Translations under genes and position numbers: made by a program
Notes under the pieces: generated by a model
Seen by the model: only the letters and a program-made list of their open reading frames with translations
The model's database searches: none
Told to the model about the DNA's origin: nothing
In this document: one piece after another, positions 62,146 to 64,000 of the stretch
Numbering within the stretch: position 1 is the first letter of the stretch
How the letters are laid out: each line of letters starts with the position of its first letter
Source of the DNA: Carcharhinus longimanus
Taxonomy: Eukaryota
NCBI GenBank assembly: GCA_030264375.1
Contig: JASCQW010000098.1
Coordinates: 45,734,803-45,798,802 of the forward strand
Reading direction: 5' to 3'
Length of the DNA stretch: 64,000 nucleotides

Positions 62146-63161
62146 ATATATAAGGATAAGATAAATAATTGTTGATGACATCAACCAGAAAATTAAATAT
62201 TGAAACACACATATAAATACAGGTTTCTCTTCTAGCTCAGTAAAACTACAACCCAATTATCTTAACAAATGTAGATTTTGGCCTGGATTTCTCGATCAGT
62301 GGCAAAACAGTGGTGTTTACTCGCACCAAAGGAAGCCACCCACAAAGATGTGTGATCTCTGTGCCATGGATTTCCACTTTCCTGTCATCAGTTTGGATCT
62401 GTCACTAAGTTAAAGGGATCACCAGTAGATATGCCAACCCCATCTTGTCATAAATCAAGAGACAAACTCTTTGAGAGGTTTGATGTGAAAATCATGAGTT
62501 GCATTTTACTCCAACGTATATCAATGTACGTTAACAGTTAGAGCTGAATTTTGCCATGGGACCACATGGAGGTCCTGAGTCTGCACTTTCTGAAAGTGAG
62601 GCCAATGGAGGAATAATCCCAGAACCAGCCTCCTGATTGGTCACTTCTGAGCTTGCTGGGTCACTGATGCTGCTGATCCAATCAGAGAGATAGCAGCCCC
62701 ACCTGGAGAAGTGGGCAGTACTGGAGCACGTAGGAGATTGAGAGGATACCTCAAAATGTAGGTGCACTCAGCGGCATATAAATAACATACTTCATTTTTA
62801 ATGTTTAAATTCAGTGTAAAATGTTGGGGGTTGAATGACTTCAATTGGCTACTTGCCTGCAAAGTGTGATCTCCCTGTTGGCCTGTCCCAGAGAAATGTC
62901 CCAGGCAACAGGTTTGCATCGGAAGTTGTTTCAATGCTCTCAGTGCCGATTCTTGCTATTTTCCCAGCCCTCATTCCTCCGAACCTGCCACGCTGGAGCC
63001 CGAAATCTTATTGGTGGCTTTCACGTGGGGCTGGAGGGATCACTTAAAAAAGACAGAGAGCACCTGAGCTGTCACTGTTAGGAGGAAACCTTTTGGCTTT
63101 ATACCTGATGCAGGGAAGCAGAGAGCACCCTGGAGACACTGGATGCCTGCCTCCAGGCATT

Positions 63162-63420
63162 TAGAACATAAGAACGTAAGAAATAGGAGCAGGAGTAGGC
63201 CAACTAGCCCTTCGAGCCTGCCCCGCCATTCAATAAGANNNNNNNNNNNNNNNNNNNNNNNNNNNNNNNNNNNNNNNNNNNNNNNNNNNNNNNNNNNNNN
63301 NNNNNNNNNNNNNNNNNNNNNNNNNNNNNNNNNNNNNNGGACCACCTCACACTTGCCAACATTAAATTCCATTTGCCATTTCCTGGCCCATTCGCCCAGC
63401 CTATCTAGATCCTTCAGACC
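63162..63420 (-). mobile_element. Young CR1 with a gap, inserted in a probable non-autonomous DNA transposon (about 62541-63652)
   Basis: Peptide LKDLDRLGEWARKWQMEFNVGKCEVV and the CR1 tail. The host termini are gagctgaattttg...caaaaattcagtg. Confidence 0.85.
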
Positions 63421-64000
63421 ATTTGGTCTGCCCCCGTCACGCTGCAACACTGGAGGCCAACTGGTGAACCCAAGCCAGTGTCCAAAATTTATCTTGAACC
63501 GAACTGCCCTCCTCACAAGGGCTGAGCAGCCTTGCCAGGACATAAATGCACCTCCCCAGTAATGGATGGCACTGGGAACAGTTCCAGATGCCGGCTGCTG
63601 CCATTCTGTTTGGACCATGCCTGACCCCATTCAGAGAACCCAAAAATTCAGTGTTTACTCTTTTGCCGACATTACAGCCACAAAACCCAGGCTATTAACT
63701 AAAGCAGGTTTTCGGTGTAGGTGATGACTTATGTTACATATGATGAACATAACCTTTATTGAATATCAAATATTTGATTTGATTTATTATTGTCACATGT
63801 ATTAGTATAAAGTGACAAGTATTGTTTCCGGCATGCTATATAGACAAATATAGTTCTGAACCTTTTAAACTGCTCTGGAAAGTGGTTTCCAGTGGAGGTT
63901 GAATTAATGTTTCTGAGTTGAGGCAATATCAGTTGCCCCACTTACAGTGAAGCTTTGCTCTTTGATGTTCTTCCTCACTTGTAGAAGGTGTGGAAACGGT

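Noticed and set aside
1-64000. CRISPR array, operon or prokaryotic defence system
   Set aside because: The sequence is vertebrate repeat-rich DNA, with no regularly spaced direct repeats and no dense coding regions.

Overview
Eukaryotic, repeat-dense, CpG-depleted non-coding DNA from a draft assembly with several exactly 100-N gaps. The repeat families (HE1-type V-SINEs, SacSINE1-type Deu-SINEs, CR1/HER1-like LINEs) point to a cartilaginous fish, probably a shark; this taxonomic call is an inference. I found no intact protein-coding gene, and almost all ORF-track entries are chance ORFs or transposon debris, so the window is probably a large intron or intergenic region. Recognisable content: (1) a decayed intronless SNRPD2 (Sm D2) retrocopy at about 53.6-54.0 kb, directly abutting a young CR1; (2) several Penelope-like element ends carrying minimal type I hammerhead ribozyme motifs, in two families; (3) fossils of both PIF/Harbinger genes, namely a transposase and two copies of an intron-split Myb/SANT-like gene, plus many probable derived MITEs; (4) CR1, L2, RTE and another L2/CR1-superclade LINE with a partner short element; (5) ancient SINEs, including an LF-SINE-like head; (6) a few unexplained unique stretches and weak exon candidates. 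Family names come from recalled consensus motifs rather than a database search, and boundaries are approximate.
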